Below, piece by piece: positions 37,983-46,588 of a DNA stretch of 64,000 bases. Numbering within the stretch: position 1 is the stretch's first letter; the number at the start of each line of letters is the position of its first letter. The translations under genes and the position numbers were made by a program. Under the pieces are notes generated by a model, which saw only the letters and a program-made list of their open reading frames with translations, was not told the origin of the DNA and did not search any database. The DNA is from Verrucomicrobiota bacterium. Lineage in GTDB: Bacteria; Verrucomicrobiota; Verrucomicrobiia; Limisphaerales; JACRJZ01. The stretch covers positions 369 through 64,368 of the forward strand of contig JACRJZ010000169.1 in NCBI GenBank assembly GCA_016219875.1, given 5' to 3'.

Positions 37983-39956
37983 ATGAAAAAGACCAAACAC
38001 CTCCAAGCCAGATTCCAAGGCGCGCTCGGCGCCACCGTCGTTGCGCTCTGCCTGAGCGGCAGCGCGCCGGCGGCGCTGCTGAACGACGACACCACTCGAA
38101 ACGACTCGACGCAACCGCGCGGCACGCCGCCGGGCGTGAACGCGGCCGGCCAGGACCTCTCGCCGCTCATCCACGGATTCCTGGCGCCTGCCCATCGGGC
38201 GCAGTTCTCCGAGGGCGGCGAGGCGCTGTCCGCCTACTTCGACTGGTCCGGGACCATCATGGGCAACGCCATCCGCGACCCGGGCTTCTTCTCGACGCTG
38301 AACGTGGCCAACAAGGACTTCATCAATTACTTGAACGGCTTGTTCCGAAGCACGAGCGCGTCGGACCAGGCCGCCGGGGCCGCCTTGCTCGCAAGCCTGG
38401 GTTTGGACGACGAAGTGACCTTCACGCCGGCGACCGGGCTTCAGCCCGAAGCACTGCTTCCCATGACGGGGGATTTCTGTCTGCGCTGCCACTCGCCCGG
38501 GGGCTGGCTCGAAGGGCAGTCCGAGCCGCCCACGTCGCCGGACTTCACGTTCCTGAAGGGCCAGTTATGGGGCGCGGCGTTCACCGAGTATCCGGGCCAC
38601 AATCCCACCGGCCCCGGCGCCTACAAGACAGGCGCCCCGCGCCAAGTGGATATCTTCAACGAAAGCCACACGGGCATGGAAGGCGTGTCCTGCGATCTCT
38701 GCCATCGTGCGACCGACAACTTCAAACGGAAATCCAATCACGACCCGAGCGTCGAGTTGCCCAACGGCAACGGGGGATTTCTCGTGGCCCGGCAGGATCC
38801 CCACCGATTCCGGGGCATCGACGCGAGCCAGCCGGACGAGCGCTTCCTGAAATCGGCCACGCTCTGCGGCACCTGCCACGACGTGACCAATCCGCTCCTC
38901 GACACCGACAACCAGATCACGACGGTGCCCAACATGCCCGCCAGCATGAAGCAGCCCATCGAACGCACCTTCACCGAATGGTACTGGAGCGCGTTCCGCA
39001 AGGAAGGCGTGGCGTGCCAGAACTGCCATGCCCCGATGAAGTTTCAGGGCGCCCAAACCTGGATGTTGTACCCCGGTTTGAGCACGCTCTGGGCGAACGT
39101 GGACGAGGTGTGGACCCAGCCGCCGTTTAACTACGCGGTGCCCGCCAGCCGGGAAATGGCCTACTTCACGTCCGCCCGCCGCAACCAGGAATTCATGCGT
39201 TCAGCGGCCTCCATGCGCATCCTGCGCACGCAACGCGTCGGGGACACGCTCCGGGTCACGGTTCGGGTGATCAACAACACGGGCCACAAGCTGCCCACAG
39301 GCTTCGGCGAGGGACGGCAAATGTGGATCCATTTCCAGGCGCAGCAGGGGAACGGCCCGCTCCTCTATGAGAACGGCGCGCTGGATGGCAACGGCCACTT
39401 CGTCGGTGGCAAGCCGGGCGTGCGCGCCCACTACGAGTTCCACGCCGTCGTCTCCGAACACACCAAGAGCCTGAAGAAGGCCAACGGCAAGTCGATTGTG
39501 GATTCCAACGACGACGGGGTCGTGACGGAAGCCGAGAAGGACTTCCACTTCGTCCTCTTCACCGAGATCAAGCAGGACAACCGCATCCCGCCGCGGGGCT
39601 GGGACCGCAACGCCTATTTCCGCGACGGCGCGTTTGTCATTCCCGAAAACCGGTACGCCGCCGGACAGAATTGGGATGACACGACCTACGAGATCCCGCT
39701 CAACGGCTACCGCGGCAAGGTGAACGTGACCGCTGCGCTCCGGTACCAGACCTTCAGTCGCGATTACATCGACTTCCTGGTTGAGAATGACAAGGAGCCG
39801 ACCGTCAAGAACGGCGGCCGGGCCAGGAAGATCCCCGACGGCCCGCTCGCGGCCAACGCCCACTGGTCCGGCGTCCTCGAGGACATCTGGACCGGCGCCC
39901 AGAACGGCAAGCCGGTGGAGATGGCCAGCGTGCGCAAGGACGTGGACGCAAAGTGA
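37983..39956 (+). CDS. secreted multiheme (4 x CxxCH) cytochrome c family protein
   Basis: Signal peptide MKKTKHLQARFQGALGATVVALCLSGSAPA. Heme-binding motifs CLRCH, CDLCH, CGTCH and CQNCH. The C-terminal half contains NNTGHKLPTGFGEGRQMW. Confidence 0.8.
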   Translation: MKKTKHLQARFQGALGATVVALCLSGSAPAALLNDDTTRNDSTQPRGTPPGVNAAGQDLSPLIHGFLAPAHRAQFSEGGEALSAYFDWSGTIMGNAIRDPGFFSTLNVANKDFINYLNGLFRSTSASDQAAGAALLASLGLDDEVTFTPATGLQPEALLPMTGDFCLRCHSPGGWLEGQSEPPTSPDFTFLKGQLWGAAFTEYPGHNPTGPGAYKTGAPRQVDIFNESHTGMEGVSCDLCHRATDNFKRKSNHDPSVELPNGNGGFLVARQDPHRFRGIDASQPDERFLKSATLCGTCHDVTNPLLDTDNQITTVPNMPASMKQPIERTFTEWYWSAFRKEGVACQNCHAPMKFQGAQTWMLYPGLSTLWANVDEVWTQPPFNYAVPASREMAYFTSARRNQEFMRSAASMRILRTQRVGDTLRVTVRVINNTGHKLPTGFGEGRQMWIHFQAQQGNGPLLYENGALDGNGHFVGGKPGVRAHYEFHAVVSEHTKSLKKANGKSIVDSNDDGVVTEAEKDFHFVLFTEIKQDNRIPPRGWDRNAYFRDGAFVIPENRYAAGQNWDDTTYEIPLNGYRGKVNVTAALRYQTFSRDYIDFLVENDKEPTVKNGGRARKIPDGPLAANAHWSGVLEDIWTGAQNGKPVEMASVRKDVDAK

Positions 39957-40040
39957 ATCTTGCCGGCCCCTCGCCGGCATCGGCACGCATCACCCAGAGC
40001 CGCGGAGACGCCCACGCCGGCGTTTCCGCGGCTCGCTTCG

Positions 40041-40379
40041 TCAGTCGCGGATGCCCAGCATCGCTTTGCCTTCCGGCGTCATCATGTCCGCTGTCCACGG
40101 CGGGTCCCACACGAGTTCCACTTCCACGTCCTGGACTGGCTCCAGTTTCAGCAAGGCTAACTTCACGCCCTGAATCATGCTCTCGTGCATGGGACAGCCG
40201 GCGGTGGTGAGCGTCATCTTCACGCCCACCAAGCCGCCGTCGATCTGGATGTCGTAGATCAGGCCGAGGTCGATGACATTGCAGCCTAGTTCGGGGTCGT
40301 CCACGGTGCGCAGCGCTTCGCGTACGAGGTTTTCATCGAGCGCAAGGGCGACGGGCAAGGTTTCGTTTGCAGGGTTCAT
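40041..40379 (-). CDS. DUF59 / MIP18-family Fe-S cluster assembly factor (SufT/PaaD-like)
   Basis: VREALRTVDDPELGCNVIDLGLIYDI ... LTTAGCPMHESM are the conserved DUF59 motifs, including the Cys. Confidence 0.8.
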   Translation of the reverse strand: MNPANETLPVALALDENLVREALRTVDDPELGCNVIDLGLIYDIQIDGGLVGVKMTLTTAGCPMHESMIQGVKLALLKLEPVQDVEVELVWDPPWTADMMTPEGKAMLGIRD

Positions 40380-40433
40380 GCGAAAGGGGAGTTTCGGATT
40401 TTGGTCATTCGAGTTGGTTTCGGATTTGAGCCA

Positions 40434-41819
40434 TCAAGCGGCGGCCCGTTTCTTTGCCTGGCCCGGCAGCACAAGTGGCTCCACCCGCGGGCGGAAAAAG
40501 TGCCGGATGATGAGGCCCATGTTCACCGCAAACAGCGCCAGGCTCGCCACGAGAACGACGCAGCCCCAGCGCACGCCGGCTTCATTTTGCAGCGCCGTCG
40601 CCACGGTGACGGCGGCGAGCGCGAGCGCGTAGAGCGCGAAGCCCGCGATCTGAATTCGCTCCGAGTAAAGGTCCGCGAGCGCGGGCACTTTACAGCGTCC
40701 GATCTCTTTGCTGTAGCTGTGAAACCACGCCAGGAAGGGCACGATCTTGTAGAGCATTCCCAGAATTGCCGGCGTCACCACCCCGGCCAGGAACACGAAG
40801 CCGTACACGTTCTCCAGTTGCGCCGTGAATTCCGTCATCCGCAGCCCGGGCCAGCACAGCACCGACGCCAGCGCGCCGGTGATGGTGAACAGGCTCAGGG
40901 CCGCGATGAACGCGCGCAGGCCCCAGTCGAGCACGCGGCGTTTGCGGGCGCGGAGGATGGCCCGCATCTCCAAGCCGTAGAGGACCAGCGCCGCGATCAC
41001 CACCAGTGCGAACGCCAGTTTCCACCGGCTCGCGAGGATGATCGTGGTGAACAGACCCGCGAGGCCCGCGTTCAGCAGCAACACCGACGCCCAGGCCCGG
41101 CGCTCGTTCTGGATGTCGCTCAGGGCGAACATCGGCACCAGCTTGTAGCTCACTGACACGATCATCATGCTGAAGAACCCGAGGCCGCCCAGGTGCGCGT
41201 GGCCGTGCATGAAGGCCAGGTGCGAGAACGGACTGAAGTTCCAGCTCTTCGACGCTGCGGCGTACAGCCCTGCCAGCATCGTCAGCACCAGCCAGAACAG
41301 CGCCGAGGCCACGCCGGCGGCGATGACGTTCCAGCGCGGAATGCGCGCCAGGGTGCGGCCGAGGTTGATCGCGAACAACACGATCCCCACCGCCACCGCG
41401 GAGCCGAAGTGCCCCACTTGTTTCATGTCCCAGACCCAGAAGTTCCAAACCACGCCCGCGACGCCGACGACGTGGAAGGCGAAGTGCCACTTCGCCAGCT
41501 TCTCGCTGTAGAGCTTGGTTTCGAGCGCGACCGGCACGAGTTGATACATCGCGCCCATGATGATGGTGGTGATGAAGCCCAGCGTGAAGACGTGCGTGAG
41601 GGCCACGACGTATTGGTTGTAGTGGTAGGTCGAAAGCACATCCGGGCGGAAGCACAGCCACACCGCGCCGGTGCAGAGCGACATCATGCCCGTCACGACG
41701 AACATGAACGGCACGATGACCGACGGCGCGTTGGCCGTGGCAAGCGTGCCGGGCGCGGCAGTCGGGCGGATGGGCGCGGCCACGTTAGGCGCGGCGGATC
41801 GTGGTAACGTAGCTTCCAT
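40434..41819 (-). CDS. polytopic (about 12 TM) His-rich membrane protein of unknown function, distantly heme-copper-oxidase-subunit-I-like
   Basis: Start taken at ATG 41819 (MEATLPRS). GTG 41783, one nt after the upstream stop, is an alternative. Recurrent motifs are H..Y..ALTHVFTLGF...GAMYQLVP, HGHAHLGGLGF...VSYKLVP and GMLYKIVP. Family assignment is not secure. Confidence 0.6.
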   Translation of the reverse strand: MEATLPRSAAPNVAAPIRPTAAPGTLATANAPSVIVPFMFVVTGMMSLCTGAVWLCFRPDVLSTYHYNQYVVALTHVFTLGFITTIIMGAMYQLVPVALETKLYSEKLAKWHFAFHVVGVAGVVWNFWVWDMKQVGHFGSAVAVGIVLFAINLGRTLARIPRWNVIAAGVASALFWLVLTMLAGLYAAASKSWNFSPFSHLAFMHGHAHLGGLGFFSMMIVSVSYKLVPMFALSDIQNERRAWASVLLLNAGLAGLFTTIILASRWKLAFALVVIAALVLYGLEMRAILRARKRRVLDWGLRAFIAALSLFTITGALASVLCWPGLRMTEFTAQLENVYGFVFLAGVVTPAILGMLYKIVPFLAWFHSYSKEIGRCKVPALADLYSERIQIAGFALYALALAAVTVATALQNEAGVRWGCVVLVASLALFAVNMGLIIRHFFRPRVEPLVLPGQAKKRAAA

Positions 41820-42288
41820 CGGCTTGTTCCTCCGGTTCACCGTGAAACCCGCGCTCCTCCAGCATGGGCAACAAGTGCATCGGGCGGCGGTCGGTGTGCG
41901 CGCGCAACGTCGCGCCTTCCGGCAACACGGCCAGCGCCTCCAGGATTTTGACCATCGGTTGCGGCGGCTCCAGTCCGCGCGCATCCACCTCGACGACGTT
42001 GCTCGGTCGAGCCGGACACGACGGCGGGCCGGCAGGCGCAGGGGCGGGGGTTTTGTCCGGCGCGCGTTCAAACAAGACTTCCCAGTCGCCGTGGCCCAGC
42101 GACTTGGCCTTGTGGGTGAAACCGCGGTTGGCCAAGACGCCGAAGAGCGGTACGGGTTCGAGCGGCGCGAGCAGGCGCAGCGCCTCGTTGGGCTTCAACT
42201 GGTCCACGGCGCTCATGATCCGCGAGAACGGCTCACGTCCCCGGCGGAGGTCTTCGCGCACGTCCAGTGTGACAACTTTCGCATTCAT
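41785..42288 (-). CDS. tandem DUF2249 (TusA-fold-like) domain protein
   Basis: Start moved to ATG 42288 (MNAKVVTLDVREDLRRGREPF). Two repeats match the DUF2249 pattern (LDVR..PP..RH / VDARGLEPPQPMVKILEAL ... HLLPMLEERGF). Confidence 0.7.
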   Translation of the reverse strand: MNAKVVTLDVREDLRRGREPFSRIMSAVDQLKPNEALRLLAPLEPVPLFGVLANRGFTHKAKSLGHGDWEVLFERAPDKTPAPAPAGPPSCPARPSNVVEVDARGLEPPQPMVKILEALAVLPEGATLRAHTDRRPMHLLPMLEERGFHGEPEEQADGSYVTTIRRA

Positions 42289-42426
42289 AACGCGGCCAAG
42301 GTAGCGCCGCGCCGCCGCGTCGCTTTGATGCAAATCAAGCGGAAGTGGGACAGGCGTCGCGCCTGTCTCTGATCAAGGAAGCGGCAAGATGGAAACAGGC
42401 GCGACGCCTGTCCCGCGGAAAACCCC

Positions 42427-43842
42427 TCACGCCTGCTTGAGCTTCGGCCCGCTGGCGGTGTCTTCGATCAGCCAGCCCTTCGCCTTCATCTCGTTGCGGA
42501 CGGCGTCGGCTTGCTTGAAATCTTTCGCTTTGCGGGCGGCCTGCCGGGCTTCGAGCAGCGCGAGAATTTCCGGCGGCGCTTCGGCTTCGGCTTTGGCCCC
42601 AAGGCCGAAAACGGCGTCCACGCTTTGCCATGCGGCCAGCGCGGCGGCGGCCTGCACGGCGGAAAGTTGGTGGGCGGCGAGCGCGCGATTGGTGTCGCGC
42701 ACCCAATCGAAGACCACGGCCCACGCAGCGGACACGTTCAAGTCGTTGTCCATCGCCTCGGCGAACTTCGCCGTCAGCGTCGGCTCCGGCGCGGCGGTGG
42801 CGTCTCGCGCGGTGTCGCGCAGTTTGGCCAGGCACTCGTCAAGGCGGGCCAGCGCGGCGCGCGCGCCTTCGAGGCCGGCGAGCGTGAAGTTGAACGTCTC
42901 GCGGTAGTAGGCCGTGAGCAGCAGATAGCGGATTTCTCGGCCATTGAAGCCCTTGGCCAGCAGGTCGCGGAGGGTGAAGAAGTTCCCCAGCTTCTTGCTC
43001 ATCTTCGTCCCCTCGACGAGCAGGTGCGCGCCGTGCATCCAGTACTTCACGAACCGCTGGCCGGGCGCCTGGCAGCACGCGCCCTCGCTCTGGGCGATCT
43101 CGTCCTCGTGATGCGGGAAGGCCAGATCCTCGCCGCCGAGATGCAGGTCGAAGCTGGCGCCGAGCAGCTTCATACTCATGGCGCTGCACTCGATGTGCCA
43201 GCCGGGCCGGCCTTCGCCCCACGGGCTGGGCCAGAAGACGGCGCCGTCATCCGGCACGCGGGCCTTCCAGAGCGCGAAGTCGGCGAGGGATTCCTTTTCG
43301 TATTCGTCGTTGGCCACGCGTTCGCCGGCGCGCATGGCGTCGAAATTCAGGTTCACGAGCTGGCCGTAGGTGTGGCCCAGCGCGCGGTACTTCTCGATGC
43401 TGAACCAAACCGAGCCGTCGTCGGTGCGGTAGGCGATGCCGCGCGCCATCAGTGCCTCGATGAGTTGCAGAATCTCGGCGATGAAGTCGGTGGCGTGCGG
43501 CCTCTCGTGCGGCGGTCGGCAGTTCAACGAGGCGTGGTCCTTCCAGAACTCGGCCTCGAAGCCGCCAGTGTATTCGCGCAACGGCTTCCCGGTTTCACGC
43601 ACGCGGCGGATGATCTTGTCCTCCACGTCCGTGACGTTCATGACGTGGCGGACTTGGTAGCCCCGGAACTCCAGGTAGCGCCGCACGAGGTCGGCGAAGA
43701 CAAACGTGCGGAAGTTGCCGATGTGCCCGAAGTCGTACACCGTCGGCCCGCAGCAATACAGGCCGACCTTTTTCCCCGCCGGATCCAGCGGCACGAAGTC
43801 CTGCACCGAGCGCGTGAGCGTGTTGAACAGTTTCAAAGCCAT
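42427..43842 (-). CDS. cysS: cysteine--tRNA ligase
   Basis: Start moved to ATG 43842 (MALKLFNTLTR). HIGN (HIGH) and KMSKKLGN (KMSKS) class-I motifs, plus CGPTVYD. Confidence 0.95.
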   Translation of the reverse strand: MALKLFNTLTRSVQDFVPLDPAGKKVGLYCCGPTVYDFGHIGNFRTFVFADLVRRYLEFRGYQVRHVMNVTDVEDKIIRRVRETGKPLREYTGGFEAEFWKDHASLNCRPPHERPHATDFIAEILQLIEALMARGIAYRTDDGSVWFSIEKYRALGHTYGQLVNLNFDAMRAGERVANDEYEKESLADFALWKARVPDDGAVFWPSPWGEGRPGWHIECSAMSMKLLGASFDLHLGGEDLAFPHHEDEIAQSEGACCQAPGQRFVKYWMHGAHLLVEGTKMSKKLGNFFTLRDLLAKGFNGREIRYLLLTAYYRETFNFTLAGLEGARAALARLDECLAKLRDTARDATAAPEPTLTAKFAEAMDNDLNVSAAWAVVFDWVRDTNRALAAHQLSAVQAAAALAAWQSVDAVFGLGAKAEAEAPPEILALLEARQAARKAKDFKQADAVRNEMKAKGWLIEDTASGPKLKQA

Positions 43843-43907
43843 GCAGGACCGCGAGCGTAGAGGCGGGACCGCGAAAAGAAAGCGCAAAAGGGGAGGGCGG
43901 TGGCTTG

Positions 43908-43951
43908 AGAGGCGATCTCAAAACCCCGTAGCCGCCGAGGTGACGAGGCTC
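43908..43951. repeat. REP-like half element (left arm only, opposite orientation flank)
   Basis: GAGGCGATCTCAAAACCCCGTAGCCGCCGAGGTGACGAGGCTC with no matching right arm. Confidence 0.6.
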
Positions 43952-44083
43952 CGATCAAACAAACAGCGGTCTGCAATCCGCGATCTGCAGAAACCGGCGA
44001 TGGACCCGTTTTTCTGCTTGCTGGCCGGCCGTGGCAGGGCACACTCCGGGCCAGGATGCAAGCCAGCCATCACGGCTCGCCGG

Positions 44084-44190
44084 GGAACAACCGCACATGC
44101 TGCGGTTGTTCTCTGAACCGTCCCCCTAGAACAGCCGCGCTGGCGGTGATTGTTCCTCGGAAAACCCGGAAACAACCGCGAGCGGTTGAA
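44084..44190. promoter_or_regulatory. three phased GAACAACCGC-type palindromes upstream of the low-GC small ORF
   Basis: Site 1, 44084-44110: GAACAACCGCA-CATGC-TGCGGTTGTTC (perfect 11-bp arms). Site 2, 44128-44154: GAACAGCCGC-GCTG-GCGGTGATTGTTC (degenerate). Site 3, 44168-44190: GAAACAACCGC-GA-GCGGTTGAAT. Centre-to-centre spacing is about 44 and 39 bp. Confidence 0.5.
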
Positions 44191-44210
44191 TACATGCTAG
44201 GTAGAAAGAT

Positions 44211-44618
44211 ATGAGAAAGTACTTCATGATTCTAGGCCGCGAGGATTTGCTTGATGAACTTCAAGAAGATCTCACGAAGCAGGGCATCCCATGTGAGCGC
44301 AGTCTTCTCATGGCGAATTCTGCCGATGCCAACACCTTTCCGTACATCTCTGCGGCGATTGGGGCCGGCATGACTCTGCTTACGCATGCGATCATCTCGT
44401 ATCTCGAAAGAAAGAAGGGACAGCGAAAGATTGTAGTTCAAATGGAAGACTACCCACGCGGCGTGAAGCGCATTGAGATTGAGACACCGCGTTTCGACGA
44501 AATGAAGAAGCTTTTGGAGCAAGCGAGACAGGCCTTTGTTGTCGAAAAGACGCCGAACCAGCCACTAGAGCCTATATCTGTCATGCCTCCTGCTGCGCAG
44601 GAGCCGCGCCAGCCATAA
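44211..44618 (+). CDS. hypothetical 135-aa single-TM protein in a low-GC islet (architecture reminiscent of EACC1-type constant components; unverified)
   Basis: The region is visibly AT-richer than its surroundings. The ORF has a normal residue mix, one hydrophobic helix (YISAAIGAGMTLLTHAIISYL) followed by a basic stretch and a beta-like segment (RKIVVQMEDYPRGVKRIEIETPRFDEMKKLLEQA). ATG 44226 is an alternative start. Confidence 0.55.
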   Translation: MRKYFMILGREDLLDELQEDLTKQGIPCERSLLMANSADANTFPYISAAIGAGMTLLTHAIISYLERKKGQRKIVVQMEDYPRGVKRIEIETPRFDEMKKLLEQARQAFVVEKTPNQPLEPISVMPPAAQEPRQP

Positions 44619-44641
44619 TAGGCGAGGCTCATCTATGACGC

Positions 44642-45691
44642 TCAACCGCGCGGCTCAAACGTGGACTCCCGCCCCAGTTGCTCCCACAGCCGCCGCTCGG
44701 ATTCACTGATCCGCTCCGGCACCTGGACGCGCGCCACCACGAAGAGGTCGCCTCGCTCCCCTTCCTTGCCCAGACCGCGTCCGCGCACGCGCAGGCGATG
44801 GCCGTTCTGCGTGCCGGCGGGAATCTTGATGTTCACGTGGCCTTCGAGCGTGGGCACGGAGATGTTCGTTCCCAGCACCGCCTCCCACGGCGCCAGGTCC
44901 AATTCGTAAGAAAGGTTCCCGTTGGCGACATCAAACTCCGGGTGCTTGGCGAAGCGCACGCGAAGATACAGATCGCCGGCCGCGCCGCGCCCCGTGCCCG
45001 CGCCGCCGCGGCCCGCGAGGCGCAGTCGCTGTCCTTCCATCACGCCGGGAGGGATTTTCACTTTGTGCGTCTCGGTGGCGGCCACCTGCCCCGTCCCGCC
45101 GCAGGCCGGACACACTTGCTGGCGCGAGCCGCCGGTGCCGCCGCAGCGTTCGCATTCCTGGTTGGTCCGGACGGACACGTTGCGCACGGAGCCGCGCAAG
45201 GATTCCTCCAGCGTCACCAGAATCTCGCCCTCCATGTCCGCGCCGCGTTCGGAGAAGTCCTCCTCCTCGTCCACGTCCGTCTGCCGTCTGAAGCGTCCGC
45301 CATCGCGGCCCCTCGAAGCGAAGAACTGCTCGAAGAAGTCGCTGAAGCCGCTGCCGCCGAACTGAAATTCGTGACCGCCGCCGCGGCCCCGGCCCGCGCC
45401 CGCGCTCGCGCCACGCTGGAACATCTCTTCCCATCCGGGCGGCGGGCGGAACTCCGCGCCTTGTTTCCAGTTCGCACCGAGTTCGTCGTACTTCTTGCGC
45501 TTGGCGGGGTCGCCCAGGACTTCGTAGGCCTCGTTGATCTCCTTGAACTTCTCCTCCGCGCGCTTTTTGTCCTTGGCCACGTCCGGATGATGTTGGCGGG
45601 CCAGTTTGCGAAAGGACTTCTTGATCTCCTCGTCGCTCGCGGTTCGGGAGACGCCCAGCACCTCGTAGTAATCTTTGAACTTCACGCCCAT
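44642..45691 (-). CDS. DnaJ-class J-domain co-chaperone (J domain, G/F-rich linker, reduced zinc finger, C-terminal substrate domains)
   Basis: [32 protein letters not shown] (HPD). Only two CxxCxG motifs ([16 protein letters not shown]). CTD motif GDLYLRVRF. Confidence 0.85.
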   Translation of the reverse strand: MGVKFKDYYEVLGVSRTASDEEIKKSFRKLARQHHPDVAKDKKRAEEKFKEINEAYEVLGDPAKRKKYDELGANWKQGAEFRPPPGWEEMFQRGASAGAGRGRGGGHEFQFGGSGFSDFFEQFFASRGRDGGRFRRQTDVDEEEDFSERGADMEGEILVTLEESLRGSVRNVSVRTNQECERCGGTGGSRQQVCPACGGTGQVAATETHKVKIPPGVMEGQRLRLAGRGGAGTGRGAAGDLYLRVRFAKHPEFDVANGNLSYELDLAPWEAVLGTNISVPTLEGHVNIKIPAGTQNGHRLRVRGRGLGKEGERGDLFVVARVQVPERISESERRLWEQLGRESTFEPRG

Positions 45692-45852
45692 AGTGAAAAG
45701 CCCGGCCTGTCGGCGGGTGGGGACTACTTACGCCGAAGTGCCGCGGAGGTCAATTGGCGTCGTCGGTCTCGCGACTTCCGATCCCGTGGAAATGATGTGG
45801 CCCGCCCGCGCTTTTTCTCGTCACCGCCGGGAGGCGCCGATAGCCTCGCCCC

Positions 45853-46584
45853 ATGTTGTCGGTCAAACCGTGGAAACCGGAATCTGTGCTCCTGCTGGTC
45901 GGAGGAATCTTCCTCTGCCTGGTGGCGGGCATGACCGCGGTGAGCGGCCTGGGGCGGCTGTTGCCCGGCCTAGCCAAGGCCGACCGGGAGTTCGCTGCCT
46001 TCGCCGTGGGGGCGGTGATGTTCCAGGGCGCGGCCCTGGTGCTGGTCCACTTTTTTTTGCGAGAGCACGGAGTGGGCTGGCGGGAGGGCTTTGGGCTTTC
46101 GTGGGCTGGCCCGGGGCGCACGCTGGCGCTGGCGGCCTTGGCCGTGCTCGTGGTGGTCCCTCTGGCGTCGCTGATCGGGTCGGCGAGCGATTGGGTGCTG
46201 ACCCGGCTCAAAATCACGTCCGGGCTGCAGGTCGCGGTGAAGATGCTGCAGAATCGTCCGCCGCCCGGCCAACTCGCCTTCTTCGCTGCCACAGCCATTT
46301 TGCTGGCGCCGGTGGCGGAAGAGGTCCTCTTTCGCGGCATCCTCTATCCGACGCTCAAGCAGAGCGGCCATCCCCGGCTGGCCTTGTGGGTGACGTCGAT
46401 GCTATTCGCCTCCACGCACGTGAACCTGCTGGCGTTTGTTTCGCTCACGTTCCTGGCGCTGGTACTGACGTGGCTCTATGAGAAAACCGATAACCTGCTC
46501 ACGCCGATCTTCGCCCATGTCCTCTTCAACGCGGTGAACTTCGGCGTCATCGTCTGGGCGCCGGACTCGCTGCACTTCAAGTGA
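45853..46584 (+). CDS. CPBP-family intramembrane glutamic endopeptidase (CAAX protease/Abi family)
   Basis: PVAEEVLFRGILY (EExxxR), FASTHV, HVLFNAVNF. Confidence 0.8.
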   Translation: MLSVKPWKPESVLLLVGGIFLCLVAGMTAVSGLGRLLPGLAKADREFAAFAVGAVMFQGAALVLVHFFLREHGVGWREGFGLSWAGPGRTLALAALAVLVVVPLASLIGSASDWVLTRLKITSGLQVAVKMLQNRPPPGQLAFFAATAILLAPVAEEVLFRGILYPTLKQSGHPRLALWVTSMLFASTHVNLLAFVSLTFLALVLTWLYEKTDNLLTPIFAHVLFNAVNFGVIVWAPDSLHFK

Positions 46585-46588
46585 CCCC

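Noticed and set aside
45853-46584. CPBP/Abi-family protease as an abortive-infection or bacteriocin-immunity element.
   Set aside because: It sits in a housekeeping context immediately upstream of thiL-tsaE-tsaB. There is no partner toxin, bacteriocin or mobile-element signature.
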